Source of the DNA: Lama guanicoe
Lineage: Eukaryota
Assembly: GCA_013239625.1 (NCBI GenBank)
Contig: MU054391.1
Location: 248,001-312,000 of the forward strand
DNA length: 64,000 nt
Direction: 5' to 3'
Of this stretch, positions 36,735-47,989 are shown piece after piece; the stretch's first letter is position 1, and every line of letters begins with the position of its first letter. The notes below the pieces were generated by a model, which did not search any database, was not told where the DNA came from, and saw only the letters and a program-made list of their open reading frames with translations. A program made the translations under genes and the position numbers.

Positions 36735-36866
36735 GTGGATACAAGACAGTGGGTGATGATTAAACCCACCGTGGTGATCGTCCCGCAGACGCGAGGGTGA
36801 GACCGTCACGCTGTGCCCCTCAAACCTGCACAGGGATGCGCGTCAGTCGCATCTCAGTGAAACTGG
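36735..36866 (+). mobile_element. L1 3' terminal fragment, GC-shifted
   Basis: 'gtggtgatcgtcccgcag...gtcacgctgtgcccctcaaac...gtcagtcgcatctcagtgaaactgg'. Confidence 0.55.
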
Positions 36867-38517
36867 CCGCAGAGGAGAAGGCTGCTCGCCATTTTAACAG
36901 GCGCCTCCAGGGAAGGTGACATCACACACCTGGCACTGGTGGTGCAGCTCCTCGCAGAGGGGGAGGAGCGTTTTCCGGGGTGGGTGGCGGGGCGCCTCCC
37001 ATCTCAGCACTAGGCCCGCACCTGCTCTCACCCTCCGTGGGCCAGCCCTTCCTGGAAGCATCTGCATGGCGAGAAGCAGCTCCGGAGAATGAGAGGGAAA
37101 TGCTCTGTGCTGGGAAGACGTCCAGAAAAGCATTTTCTGGAAGCTCACTCCCGCCTTGTCTCTATTTTTAAAAGCAGAGTTGGCTCTTCGGAGAGACAAG
37201 CACGCTGAGACCAGCCCTGGAGGGGCGGTGGGGTGGGACGGGCCCTGACAGACCCCACCTTCACACCCACCGAGGGGGGATCTCCTGGGCCTTCTGGCCG
37301 TGACCTGGGGACACCTGAGGAAGCAGAGAAGGAGACAAGCTCGTGGACAGGGCCCTGCTGCACGTCAGGGCTGGCTCAGATCTCCGGGGCGACCCCACTG
37401 CCTCCTCTGTCACTGAGGCCCGTTTTCGCGTCCAGTCACTTTCTGTTCAGCTCAAGAGCTCATCACAGGACGGTTACAGTGACGTTCAGCGCCTCGTGAG
37501 AAATGTCAGTTAAGATTCTACGCCATGCGGTTTCTGGACTGAGTCTTGTTTAAACAGTATTCATCTCATTTTCTTTGGTTATGTCCGTGTACTGGGCACA
37601 GGCTTGCGAAGATGGCAGAGGGTCCTCTTCTTCTGGTCTGTGTCCCGTCACGCACAGGGCCTCCCGGTGCTTGTTCCAGGAACCTGCTGGGACACCAAGG
37701 GGAGAGGAGATGCTGTTCATATAAAACTCATTACCTGCATCACACTTACCTCCGAAAAGTGCTGGAGGTTTATGTGCTGCTTCAGCTGAGGTGCCACGAG
37801 TTTACAGCGTTGTGTCAGCTTCCGGGGACGGCACAACGCTCCAGTCAGACATGCGCAGACACACATTCGTCGTCGTGCGCTTCTCCGTTACAGGTCACTG
37901 CAAGGGACTGCGTGTGGTGCGCTGTGCTGTGCGGTGTTAACTTGTTGCTCATCTATTCTGTATGTAGTAGTGTCTGCAAATCTTGCACTCCCAACAGAGG
38001 TGGCTTATATTTAAAATGTGTGTGATGTGAACACACACAGCGCAAAGAAGAACAACAATTAAAGGAACCGTGGAGGAGAAAGGAGATTCTTATCCAGAAG
38101 AGACGGCCGGTGTGACGGAGAAGTGGCTGCCCTGGGACCTCCCGCATCTTCTGTCTGAGGCCTTGGCTCTCCTCTGTCTGGGTCACCCTAACACCCAGCT
38201 GAATGCTCTCCGCCAGTCTCCCTCCTTTCTAACCCCGATGCCACCATTATCTTTTTAAACGCATACGCGGTCAGATCATTTCTCCATGTAAGTTCACCCC
38301 AGGACCCCTGACCTTCCTCGGCCGGGTCCTGGCGTGTGAGCTCACTGACAGCATCTCTCGCATCTGCTGTCTCGCCTGCAGCCCCACCGCTGCCGTGCCC
38401 TGAGCTCGCCGCGGTCTCTGCCCTCTCCCTGTCTGGTCAAACAGCTTGGCTTTTTTTTTTTAAATCAGAAGTTTTTTTTTTTTTTTTTTTTTTTTTTTCC
38501 CCCCGCGCCTTTTTTTT

Positions 38518-38678
38518 NNNNNNNNNNNNNNNNNNNNNNNNNNNNNNNNNNNNNNNNNNNNNNNNNNNNNNNNNNNNNNNNNNNNNNNNNNNNNNNNNNN
38601 NNNNNNNNNNNNNNNNNNNNNNNNNNNNNNNNNNNNNNNNNNNNNNNNNNNNNNNNNNNNNNNNNNNNNNNNNNNNNN
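38518..38678. other. Assembly gap (161 N) between poly-T tracts
   Basis: Run of N. Confidence 1.
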
Positions 38679-39608
38679 TTTTTTTTTTTTTTTTTAGTGT
38701 TTTCTCACCCAGAGCCTTTTAGTCGAGGACTCAAGCATCGTGGTCTCCTGACCCTGCTCCGCTCCCACGTCACTGAGCTCCTCAAAGGAAGGACGTCTTT
38801 ACCCCTGGGTCTCCAGCCCTCAGAGCCGCAGCCAAGCCCAGAGAGATGGGGCTGCGTGGGCGTGTGTGGGTTAAACACACGCCGAGATCGGGAGCAGCAG
38901 AGAGAGGCAGGTGGTGCGTGTCCTTTCTGAGCTGCCCTGGCTCTGAGCTCGGGGAGGAAGGTGTGATCCGCCTCTGCCCACACAGGGTGCGGAGAGCTTC
39001 TGCCGCAGTTGCTCCGCAGGCGTCCAGACGTCCTTCGGATGCTGCTCCTCGGTGTGAATGACCCTCAATCTGAAAGCACACGTTGAGCTGCAATTCTGTG
39101 ACAGCATTTCTACAGGCAGCCTGAGTAATGCCGTCCAAAGTCACTTTCTTTCTGATGATTTAAGGTGATGTCGGACTGAACTCAGAGAAACCAGAGAGAT
39201 GATTGCTGCGCCCGTCCCGAAGGCCCTAGCTGGAGGGGCACCGTCCCAGCGGGCCTTCCGACAAGAGGCGAACAGCGTCACGCCAAGACGCACAGCCTGC
39301 AGGTGCCTCAGGAGGAGTCCAGTCCTCACTGGGAGAACAGAGGCGCCGTGTGCTCTAGTGTCACCGGGCCGGCCCAGCCCCAGGGTTCTCACCGCGCGGA
39401 GGTACGAGCTGCTGCCTCCTTAGGGGACGGATAAATCATGGCCGGGTTTAGAGATTTAATTTCTTAGATGGAATCACAGTTTCAAATAGCCTTTCTACAT
39501 TTTAAATAATTTCTCATTTTGCTAACAAGTCACAGAGGATGTCCAAGTTCTTTCATCCTGAAACTAAGGCCAGTGGTGTGTGCAGCTGTGTGCCCCTGTG
39601 CAACTCTG

Positions 39609-39652
39609 TGTGACACCGTGTGACACCGTCTGACACAGCGTGACACAGCGTG
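39609..39652. repeat. Short 10-bp tandem repeat (TGTGACACCG-like, about 4 copies)
   Basis: tgtgacaccg tgtgacaccg tctgacacag cgtgacacag. Confidence 0.8.
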
Positions 39653-39902
39653 CCCGTCTCCTCCTCTGCGTCTTGATGGCTCAGTTTTGTCAGTGGTGGG
39701 AGTCAGGTAGTTTCTACTTGTTTATTAATTCTACGTCTTGCTCTAAAGATGACGGGAGAACACAGCAGTGTAAGTAAAACGCTTGTGTGTTAGACATCAC
39801 AAGACTTTAAGACATTTGAACCAAACGGAGTTTTTGAGAATAACTGAATCACATTAAACATTTTATTATGCTCGCTAGTTCGCTCTGCACTTCTCTCCTC
39901 AG

Positions 39903-40257
39903 ATGGTGCTTATCCTCTCAGCCCAGAGCGCGGCCTTGGGAGCCACCGCTGAGATGAAAGGAGGGGGTGGCTTCTCCAAGGAGCGGGCCCGCCCACCGTT
40001 CTCACCCGGCAGGTGCTTGGTCTGCGTGAATGTCTGTCGTCCAAACTCCATCTTCCTCACCTGACTTCTTAGCTTGTCTGGAGCCTCCACCAGCCTCCAG
40101 GGCTCTGGACACACACCCACCCCCAGTTTCAATAATCCTTTCAAGCTCCTTCCCTTTGGCAAACAAGAGTCCAAAAGCTGATTTTAACAGAAGCCAACAT
40201 ACTTTCAAAAATATCGACTCTTGGGAAAAAGAGCGGTGGCATTCTTTCTGGAATGTT
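39903..40257 (+). pseudogene. Exon-like segment, mostly without a CCDC158 counterpart
   Basis: cttctctcctcag|ATG acceptor. MVLILSAQSAAL... (weakly like MAAIQGKNESL), then a shifted frame ...NKSPKADFNRSQHTFKNIDSWEKERW. Confidence 0.3.
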
Positions 40258-40519
40258 GTATAAATCCTCCCAGCTCGCCGCTGGTGTGTTCAGCTAGCGC
40301 TCACGGCGGGAGGACCCTGAGGGCCACCGATGGGGAGGTCCCTGAGAGGAGGCGCGGGGTCTGCACCGAGCACGTCCGCGGGCTCCTCCCTGCCTGGTTC
40401 TGCACAGAGTCTGGGGCTCGTCCCACGAGCTCTGAGCCGGGAGCCCTGACTCCGGGCTTCGCTGGCAGGTGGGGTGTTCCCGTGAGTCTGCCTGGCTGTT
40501 TCCTGGTTTTATTCTCCAG

Positions 40520-40723
40520 GAAACACCGAGAGTTTTGTCTCAAGCAAACCAGCTGACTTATGGAGACTGTGCCGTTGTCTCTGTGCGTGGAAAGAGGTGC
40601 TCCTGGAAACAGAGCCCCCGGCAGCCGCACACGAGCAGCCCCCTCCCCTCCTCGCCCCTCACACGCCCACACGCTCTTTCTGAAGAGCTGCAGAACACAG
40701 ACCCCACAAATCACGTAGACGAG
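40520..40723 (+). pseudogene. CCDC158-like exon remnant, 204 nt, open, phase 0-0
   Basis: ttttattctccag| acceptor, GAG|gtacgt donor. ETPRVLSQANQL ~ ESLEKVSSLTAQL; ends TNHVDE ~ RSRVDLK. Confidence 0.65.
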
Positions 40724-41013
40724 GTACGTGGAACCGAAGCCATCGCGTCGGAGCTGTTTCCTCACACAGGACACTCCGTGCTTGTACAGGACACAACTGA
40801 TAAAATCCCAAGTGCCCCACTCACCAGTTCCATCGTTACTTAGCGTCACACAAAGGAAATGCTGCTTTGAAATTCTCCGAGATCCTCATGGAAAGTCTCT
40901 CAGTCGCTTTGAGCTTCTTTCTCAGCATCGCACAAGTCCTCAGAGCTTTCAGGAAACACGACCCCTCCTGACACGTGTGCTTGCGCCTCCCCCCACACCA
41001 CCCGTTTCTCCAG

Positions 41014-41273
41014 CTGCCACATCTTCAGTGTATTTGAAGAGAATGAAGTATTTAGACAGGTGGCTCCTGAAAATGAAACACCTTCAGAACTGAAACTGCA
41101 GCCTGTAAATCTGGGAGCAGGAGGAGCTCCTGCGCCCAACGTCGCAGGCGCACCCCTCTGCCGGGGGTGGCGGCTCCCAGTCCCGCCCGGTGCGACGCGG
41201 GGCAGCGTTTCTGCGGTGCCTCAGCGGGTTCAAGGGCCCCCGGAGCGGGAAAGACCGTCACGGGGATAGAGAG
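41014..41273 (+). pseudogene. CCDC158-like exon remnant (frameshifted)
   Basis: cccgtttctccag| acceptor, GAG|gtacag donor. LPHLQCI / EENEVFRQVAPENETPSELKLQ / IWEQEELLR vs LQELQHL KNEGDHLRNVQTECEALKLQ MTEKDKVIE. TGA at 41035-41037. Confidence 0.65.
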
Positions 41274-41351
41274 GTACAGACACACGGAGCTACAGTCTTT
41301 TAACCTGAAAAGCTTCCCTCACGTTAACTATATTGTGTGGACTGCTTTTTA

Positions 41352-41510
41352 TTATTTCTCTCTCTCTCTTTTTCAGTTTTTGTTTTTTAGCTGTTTTTGG
41401 AAGGGTAGTTAAATTTGTTTGTTTGTTGGTTTAATGGAGGTGCTGGGACTGAAGCCGGGCCCCGGGCATGCTAAGCATGTGCTCTGCCACTGAGCTCTAC
41501 CCTACCCCCC
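41352..41510 (-). mobile_element. tRNA-derived SINE, camelid Vic-1 type, with 13-bp TSD
   Basis: The reverse complement begins GGGGGGTAGGGTAGAGCTCAGTGGCAGAGCACATGCTTAGCATGC. TSD GGACTGCTTTTTA at 41339-41351 and 41511-41523. Confidence 0.9.
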
Positions 41511-42413
41511 GGACTGCTTTTTAGAAAACAAGCCTCTAAACTAAGAAGTAAAAAATCAGTTTATCTGCCGAGCTCGCGCCCACCCCGAGCCTCCGTCGTG
41601 CTGCTGGACGTGGCGGAGACCAGGCTCAGCGCAGCCCGGCTGGCTTCTCACTCACCAGGAGCGCGGGGCCGGGGTGAGACACTGCTGAGGGTCCTAATCT
41701 TACGGAATTGCGCAGAAACCTCTTTGGCAATGACTGGAGTGAGCTCGCCATCCCGCTGACGACGCGGCCCCACTGTGTGCCCCAGCGGCGTGGGTGCTAG
41801 CCGCCCCGGGCCCCTGGGCTGAGGCGGCTCCAGCACTGGGACCCACGGAAGCCCAGCGAGCCTGGGCACAGCTGCCACACCCGGTCTGTGCACACACAGC
41901 CGGTCGCACAGCCCGACCCCCATGGCCAGACACACTGTGGCTTGGAGCTGCCCAACCAGCTTTGCTCAGATAAACTCTGAGCCTTTTTCCGCCTCAGTTT
42001 TCTTGTATCACCGAGTTTGTGGGGGCCTTGGGGTGGGGCAGGCTTCAGCGACACTTACTGACAAATACGGCGAGCACTACGGGGGCAAGGGCGTGGTGGC
42101 CGGGCAGACGCACGGCCAGGAGCCCGGCTCAGAAGTGCCGTGGTTTCCATGCACAGAGGGACGCCGGGCGGTGACGAGTGGTCCGGGAACAGCAGCCTGT
42201 GCTGAAGGGGCGGGGCGTCCCAGGTCGAAGGAGACTCTGGCCAGGGCGGTGGCCGCTCTCGGCGGGGGGCCTGCGGGGGTCTGGGAGCCGCACGCAGTCA
42301 AGGCCTCTGCTCAGGTTTTGCAGGGATCTTTGGGGACTGTGACGTTTTAAGAAGAAATCTGCAAGGTTCTGCCGGTGGGGTTTGTTCACAGCATTTTTCT
42401 GTTGGTTGTTGAG

Positions 42414-42985
42414 ACTTCATGTGAGAAGAAGTTCAATGCAAAAGACTACGACCTTGACCTTGACCTTGGACACAAGGCGGGTTCTGGGCTCCTCTCCAAG
42501 GGGCCACCACACCTGCCTTTCAGGGCCTCTGACCTGGGGGAGTGTCGGATGGGCAGGGTCTCCCCGGACTGGGAAAGCCCTTCAATGGCAGGTCCCATAG
42601 ACCAGGAGGACAGGAAGCAGCGGCTCAGGGCAGATGCAGCCGCAGGGAAGACGGAGGTTCTGGCCAGCAGCCAGTGCGGAAGTCAAACCGAGGACGGCAG
42701 GGACACGGGGAGCCGCTGTCTATTCACCCTGAGCCGACAGAGAACACCTCACGTGATCTCAGGCAGCCGTTGTGGGAGCAAATGACACCTGGGGCATTTT
42801 GTCCAATTTGGGCAACGTGTTTTCACGTCTGCATAAAACAACAGGATGACGCCCGTCCTCAGAACCTTGTCTTCCAGGGGCGGTTGAAGGAACTAGATTG
42901 CTTTGCTTTGAAATGAAAAAACAAACCTGAGGGGCAGAGTGAGGGTCACAGTCAGGTCAAGACAACCGCTGACAAATACATGAAG
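42414..42985 (+). pseudogene. CCDC158-like large exon remnant
   Basis: EKKFNAKDYDL ~ DKKDAKIREL; IDQEDRKQRLRADAAAGKTEVLASS ~ IKQERDQLLNEVKTSRSELNNLS; after a shift PEPTENTSRDLRQPL ~ SEEMEMTTNKLKMQL; EGQSEGH ~ MEGSDGH. AAG|gtgtta donor. Confidence 0.6.
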
Positions 42986-44773
42986 GTGTTAGGTGGAGGG
43001 CGGCTCAGGACCCGGGTGAAAGAGGAGACAAGCCAGCTGCGGGTCGGGGCCCTCGACCGTGGCGCCCCACCCCCGGGGACCAGCTCGGGTGGAGGTGGCA
43101 GGAATCACACACGCTCCGAATTCCAGAAGCACAGAGGTTTGCGTGCTGACCACTTAACGAAAGGTTCTATTACATTAAAAAGATACTCCTTAAAAACATG
43201 AAAGCAGAAACTTCATGCTAAAAGAGAAAACACACACACACGTGTTTACATTTCACATCGGCCACCAAGCACAGGCCGTGGGAAGGCGCTTCTCTAAAGA
43301 ACTGTATCCATTGGAATTAGCTGCGTGGGGAGTCCAGCCTTTGGGCTGAAAGCTCCGTCTGGAGCAGCTCTCCCCTGTGCCCACACCTCACCCTCTACGT
43401 TGGGTTCTGTTGCAATTCACACGTCCCTTAACGCAGAAAAGCACAATTGCAAACACCCCTTTCAACGACCTTAAAACCAAGAGTCGCCAGGGGGTGCTCT
43501 GAGTCCTGTGCCTTCTCACCTTTGACTGGTGAGGGCACATCGCAGCGGGAGACGCCCCCACACTGTGTCGGGGCCACATGCCAGCGCCGTGACTTTCGTC
43601 GCCCCTCCCGCCCCGCAGGCTGCCCGTCCAGCCCTCGTTCTGAGGCTCTCAGCGTCGATTTGCCAAATGCTGAGCAATTACATGATTCACAGCCTTTTGC
43701 TGCATCTGGGCGACCTGTGTAAGTGGAGGCCAAGTGTATTTTCATTCCTTTAGAAATGGAAAGCAGGGGCTGGCACGAGACCATGTTCTTGTGACTGAAG
43801 ACGACTGGGGAGACGTGGATGCTTAGACGCTGTGAATAATTTTGTGGGTGAAATCAGCATAATTGAAGGCAGCCGTGGACCAAGCACCATGACATCAGCT
43901 TACAGCCTCCCCCACCCCCCAGAACCCGAGCTTATGCCAAACCACGTGATGCCCACCAGCCGGCCCACTCCGCCCCGTCCCACCAGCCAGTCCTGGAGCC
44001 CAGCGGCCTCTGGCTCCACTGGGGGACCCTGCTCCGACTCTGGCCCCACCTGAGCTTGGCACCAGCCGGCAGAGAGGCAAGGTCCTTCCCCACAGACCTC
44101 CGAGTGCCTTGGCCCTGATCGCCTGAGCTGGGGGAGGGTGACACAGCCCCGACAGCTCCTGTGTCAGAGGAACCCGGTTAAGTGTCCTGGGACGTCGCTG
44201 CTGCCACCGGTTTGTCCGCATCTAGGGCAGAGCCCGAGGCGTGTTTGGTGCAGATGCGGCCTCCAGGCACACACCCCAGCTGGCCCTGGTCAGACGGCTT
44301 CTCCATCAACAGGGGAGCAACCTGGCAATTGCGTTTAGCTGTAACCAAAGCAAACAATCCGGTGTTTACAAAGTCTGTTTTCCACAGGCAGCACGGTACC
44401 AAGTCATTTGGGGGTGGTTAAAGGGGGTGGTCTGTGCTGGGAGAGGGTCGCTGGAGCCAGAAAGCGTGGCTCCAGGTCCCAGCATGTGGCGTCCGCTGGG
44501 GCAAGAGCAGGGTCCCCGCCTGTGACTGGGCAGAGGGTGTGCGCCCCAGAGTCACATGAGTGCCACCTGCAGGAGCCAGGGCTCACGTGTGGTCAGGTGC
44601 CTCGTCTTTGTCTTCCACAGGGTCTTGGGGGCAGTGCCCCGCGTTTCCCACCCGGCCCTCGGGCAGGGGACACTATCCGCCCCTGGTTGTCACTGTGTCC
44701 CACGTCGCCGCATCCCCCCACAGACATGGCAGAACAGGGGCTCAGCCTTCCAGTTCTTTCATCTGTTCCTGAG

Positions 44774-45037
44774 ATTCAGCAAAGCAGAGAGGGTGCCGAC
44801 CCTCAGTCGACTGTTGGCTTTTGTGCCGAACAATCTGCCCCCCGTGCACTCGGCCACACCATGTGCAGATCCCATCAGGCGCCTCTGCAGGCAGATTTAG
44901 CTTGAGATTCAGTTGAAAAGCATAGTCGTTTAGCCAAAACCAGGATTCTGTGTCTGTGTTGCGTTGGCCGTTTTGGGTCAAGTTCAGCCTCAGGACAGTT
45001 AGGCCTCCCGCCCGTGTGGGCCCGGCATTGGACCAAG
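44774..45037 (+). pseudogene. CCDC158-like exon remnant
   Basis: QSTVGFCAE ~ QSKIQFLEE; LQADLA*DSVEKHSRLAKTRIL ~ LSQELSTVATEKNKMAGELEVL (TGA at 44903-44905); PALDQ ~ VALDK. Confidence 0.7.
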
Positions 45038-45347
45038 AACCATCCAATGGATCGGATGGTTTAATTAAGGGGGTTTTCAGGGTACATCAGTTTGGAGCCT
45101 ATTCATGATTTTTTTGCAAAATAAAGATCTCTATCTTTCTGCAGGTCTGTGCCTGGAGTAAACACCTCTCCGGTTTTTAGGGACGGGCATCCCCTTTGAG
45201 AAAGCAGCTCTGAGACACGGCCGGCCTCGTTAGTGGGTGCGATCCCGCAACGTCTCCTCCCAGTGACTCGGCCGCTGTTGTTTTGATGGCAGATTCTGCC
45301 ATGTTGCTTTTTGTTTTTGATTCATGTGTGTATGATTTTTACTAAAG

Positions 45348-45450
45348 ATTCTCTTGTTAAAATACAAATTCAGTTTAGAAAAGTTAGACCCTATCATCCA
45401 AGACAGCTTCTTGATGGCACAGAGAAGACTGCGAGGCTGGCAGGGAGGGT
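45348..45450 (+). pseudogene. CCDC158-like exon remnant (weak)
   Basis: tttttactaaag| acceptor. SLEKLDPIIQ ~ QFAECQDIIQ, at the expected position in the exon order. Confidence 0.4.
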
Positions 45451-46549
45451 GACTGCGTGGCTGGAGGGCTGGAACCACCCGGAGTCGACAGAGATTTCTT
45501 GAGTGCCAAGTGGGGACCCTGGTCTGGGTGGGCTCTGCAAATACGAGGACCTGCGTGCGGGCAGCCCTCCAGGTCTCAGGTCTCAGGTCTCAGGTGCGAT
45601 GGTGACGGATAAGAACGTCCGGAAACAATCAGAGCTTGTGCGTGTTGCTAAAGCCTGGTGGGTGGCGGGGCACCTCACTGGCTGGACCTGGGAGCTTTCC
45701 TGGGAGTCCCCGAGGCCCAGAGGGGACTGAGCGTCTCAGGACTCTGCAGGCATCCCCAGGCCCCAGGATTCAGGGGACTCTGGTGCCTTGAGGGCCTGCA
45801 GGTGGCCCGGGGATCAGGAACCCGCCGGGCGAGGGTGGTGGGGGGCCGGGGCTATCCCGACAGGAGCGGGTCTCCTCACGGGCAGCCTGGACAATGTGCT
45901 GGCCGCAGGCGGGTCCCTGAGAACAGCTTTGTTTGTTTTGTCTCACTTTTTTGTCGCGGGAAGGGCTGCGCAGCAGGAACGAGACTGACGCGGAGGGTCT
46001 ATCAGACATCTGGGGTCGAAGCAGGCGGCGCCCGTGGAGATGGTGTCCGCTCCAGGAGGTCGACCGGCGTGGGGGTGGTGTCTCTGGCAGGAGGCCACCC
46101 CCAGGGTTCACACTTCCACGGAGGCTCTGTCCGGAGTGCAGGCTGGACTGGGGGCATTTCGGGAAGTGTGTGCCCAGTGCCGGCCCCGAGTCGGAGGGCA
46201 GGGTGGGGGCTGCTGGCATCCCGTGTGAACACGACGCACGTGTGGGCTTTTCTGGAGGCAGGAGGAACAGAGCCCCCAGCCTGAATCTGTTTTCAATTAG
46301 GGACTCAAGACAGCATCGCACAAACCCGTAAGTACCTGGGCTGGGGCCCTCCTTCCTCACCAAACTCCCCCGCGAGCCGTGGCTCCAGCTCTGCCCCCAC
46401 TTCGGGGAGGGCGGGACGGCCGTGCCTGGACCTTTGCGGGTGACCCCCTGGGGGCTGTGTGCCACGGGTCCTCCAGGTGCCGGCTGGCGTCCGTCTGCTT
46501 CTGCCTTAATTTATCTGATTTGGCCAATGGCCTGAGTTGGAAAAAACAT

Positions 46550-46700
46550 GATTGGTTGAGAGCCTGAACACGATCATTTACTTTCCCCTTAAGAAAACTG
46601 AGACATGAGTGAAGAGCTATCATTTCCATGCAAATGCTCAGTGAAGAGAAATCTGACGTTCCTCTGTCAGAATTCCACGTTCTCAAGCTAGCTGTATCTC
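46550..46700 (+). pseudogene. CCDC158-like exon remnant
   Basis: TFPLRKLRHE*RAIIS...EEKSDVPLS vs TRDLKQLLQELRSVINEEPAVSLS. TGA at 46610-46612. Boundaries uncertain. Confidence 0.6.
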
Positions 46701-47989
46701 TCTGACACACAAAATACACTCTCCGTCCTCTAAGTTTTTACCAGCCAATAAGTTAAAGGGTGAATCATGTGACTTAGAGGTGTGAATATGCTTGCAATTT
46801 ACTAGCAACAGCTCATTAATCACACAGTCCACACAAAGCTTTCAGAAAGGTCCAGAATTAACATATTTGGCAAGTCATGGGGGGAGGGGGTGCTGGGACA
46901 TTTTTTAAAACTTTCTTTTAAATTCAAAATCAAATTTCTTGTAACAAATGGAGCTGAACTGAGTCAGTGCCACTTGTCCTGAGGGGAGAGAGAGCTGTTA
47001 CAGGCTGTGGCCCAGGCAGAGCCCCAGGGCAGGTGGGTGGCTCCAGAAAGCCACATCCGAAGGGAAGGCAGAACGAGCCAGGTTTGCACGCATCTGCACA
47101 GAGCGCTATGCGGCCGGTGGAGCGGCACAGGAGTTGGACGGAAGTCAAGTTGCTGGTTCATTTGGGAGATCAAGGACCGCTGTGCGCTCCCCGCTGCATT
47201 GGACCCTGGGCAGCAGTGGACGGTGAAGCGTGTTCTCGTCCCCACGGGGCCTGAAATCTGGTATCGACGTGTCCAGGCCACCAGGAGTCACGGCGGGGCT
47301 ATACCTCTCTGGCTCATGAGTGCAAATATGGAGGCTTCCAGGAAAAGACTCCAGAACTCTGTCCCAGAGAGGACCTGGGTAATCCAATCAGAAAGGAGCC
47401 CCCCAGGGAGAGAACTCCGCGGATGCGGGTCGGGGGTCGATGCGCCTCCCGAGCGCAGCGCCCAGGTGCTGGTGGTCATGCCTGGAAAGGGCTGCTCACC
47501 GTGTTCCTGGCGTGTCCCCGCCACAGCACCCGCCCCGCCCCCGGCAGGCTGTGGACCGGCCCTGCACGCAGCTCCTGACCCATACCTGGGAGCTGTTGTC
47601 CAAGGAAAGGAAGCAGGGCAGAGGCGAGCGAGAGTCCAGCAAAACGTGGTGCTCTGTTCCAGGCCCTGGAAGCAGAAATGAAAAGGAGGTCAGTGTGAGA
47701 TGTACTCTTAACACTCAACTTTTACTGAAATGTACTTCGTATGAAGTGAAACGCAGAGACCCTGACTGCCCTGCCCAGCGAGCCACCGCGGCGCCCACCC
47801 TCCAACACAAGACAAAGGGCTCCTACGTCGCCCTGCGGACCCTCCCCCCACCAGCCGGGTCTCACGGACAGAGCTGGGAGGCAGCCCTTCCCTCCCGTGC
47901 CCCGACCTCTCTGTCCTGAGTGGCCCACACAGCTCCTCCCGAGGCCGAGCGCCCCGAGGTGTTCTTTCTGGGAAGACTCTCGACCGTGT

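Noticed and set aside
37750-37897. Minus-strand exon with a perfect GAG|GTAAGT donor at 37749
   Set aside because: All frames are closed and I found no convincing partner exon. It cannot be supported without RNA data.
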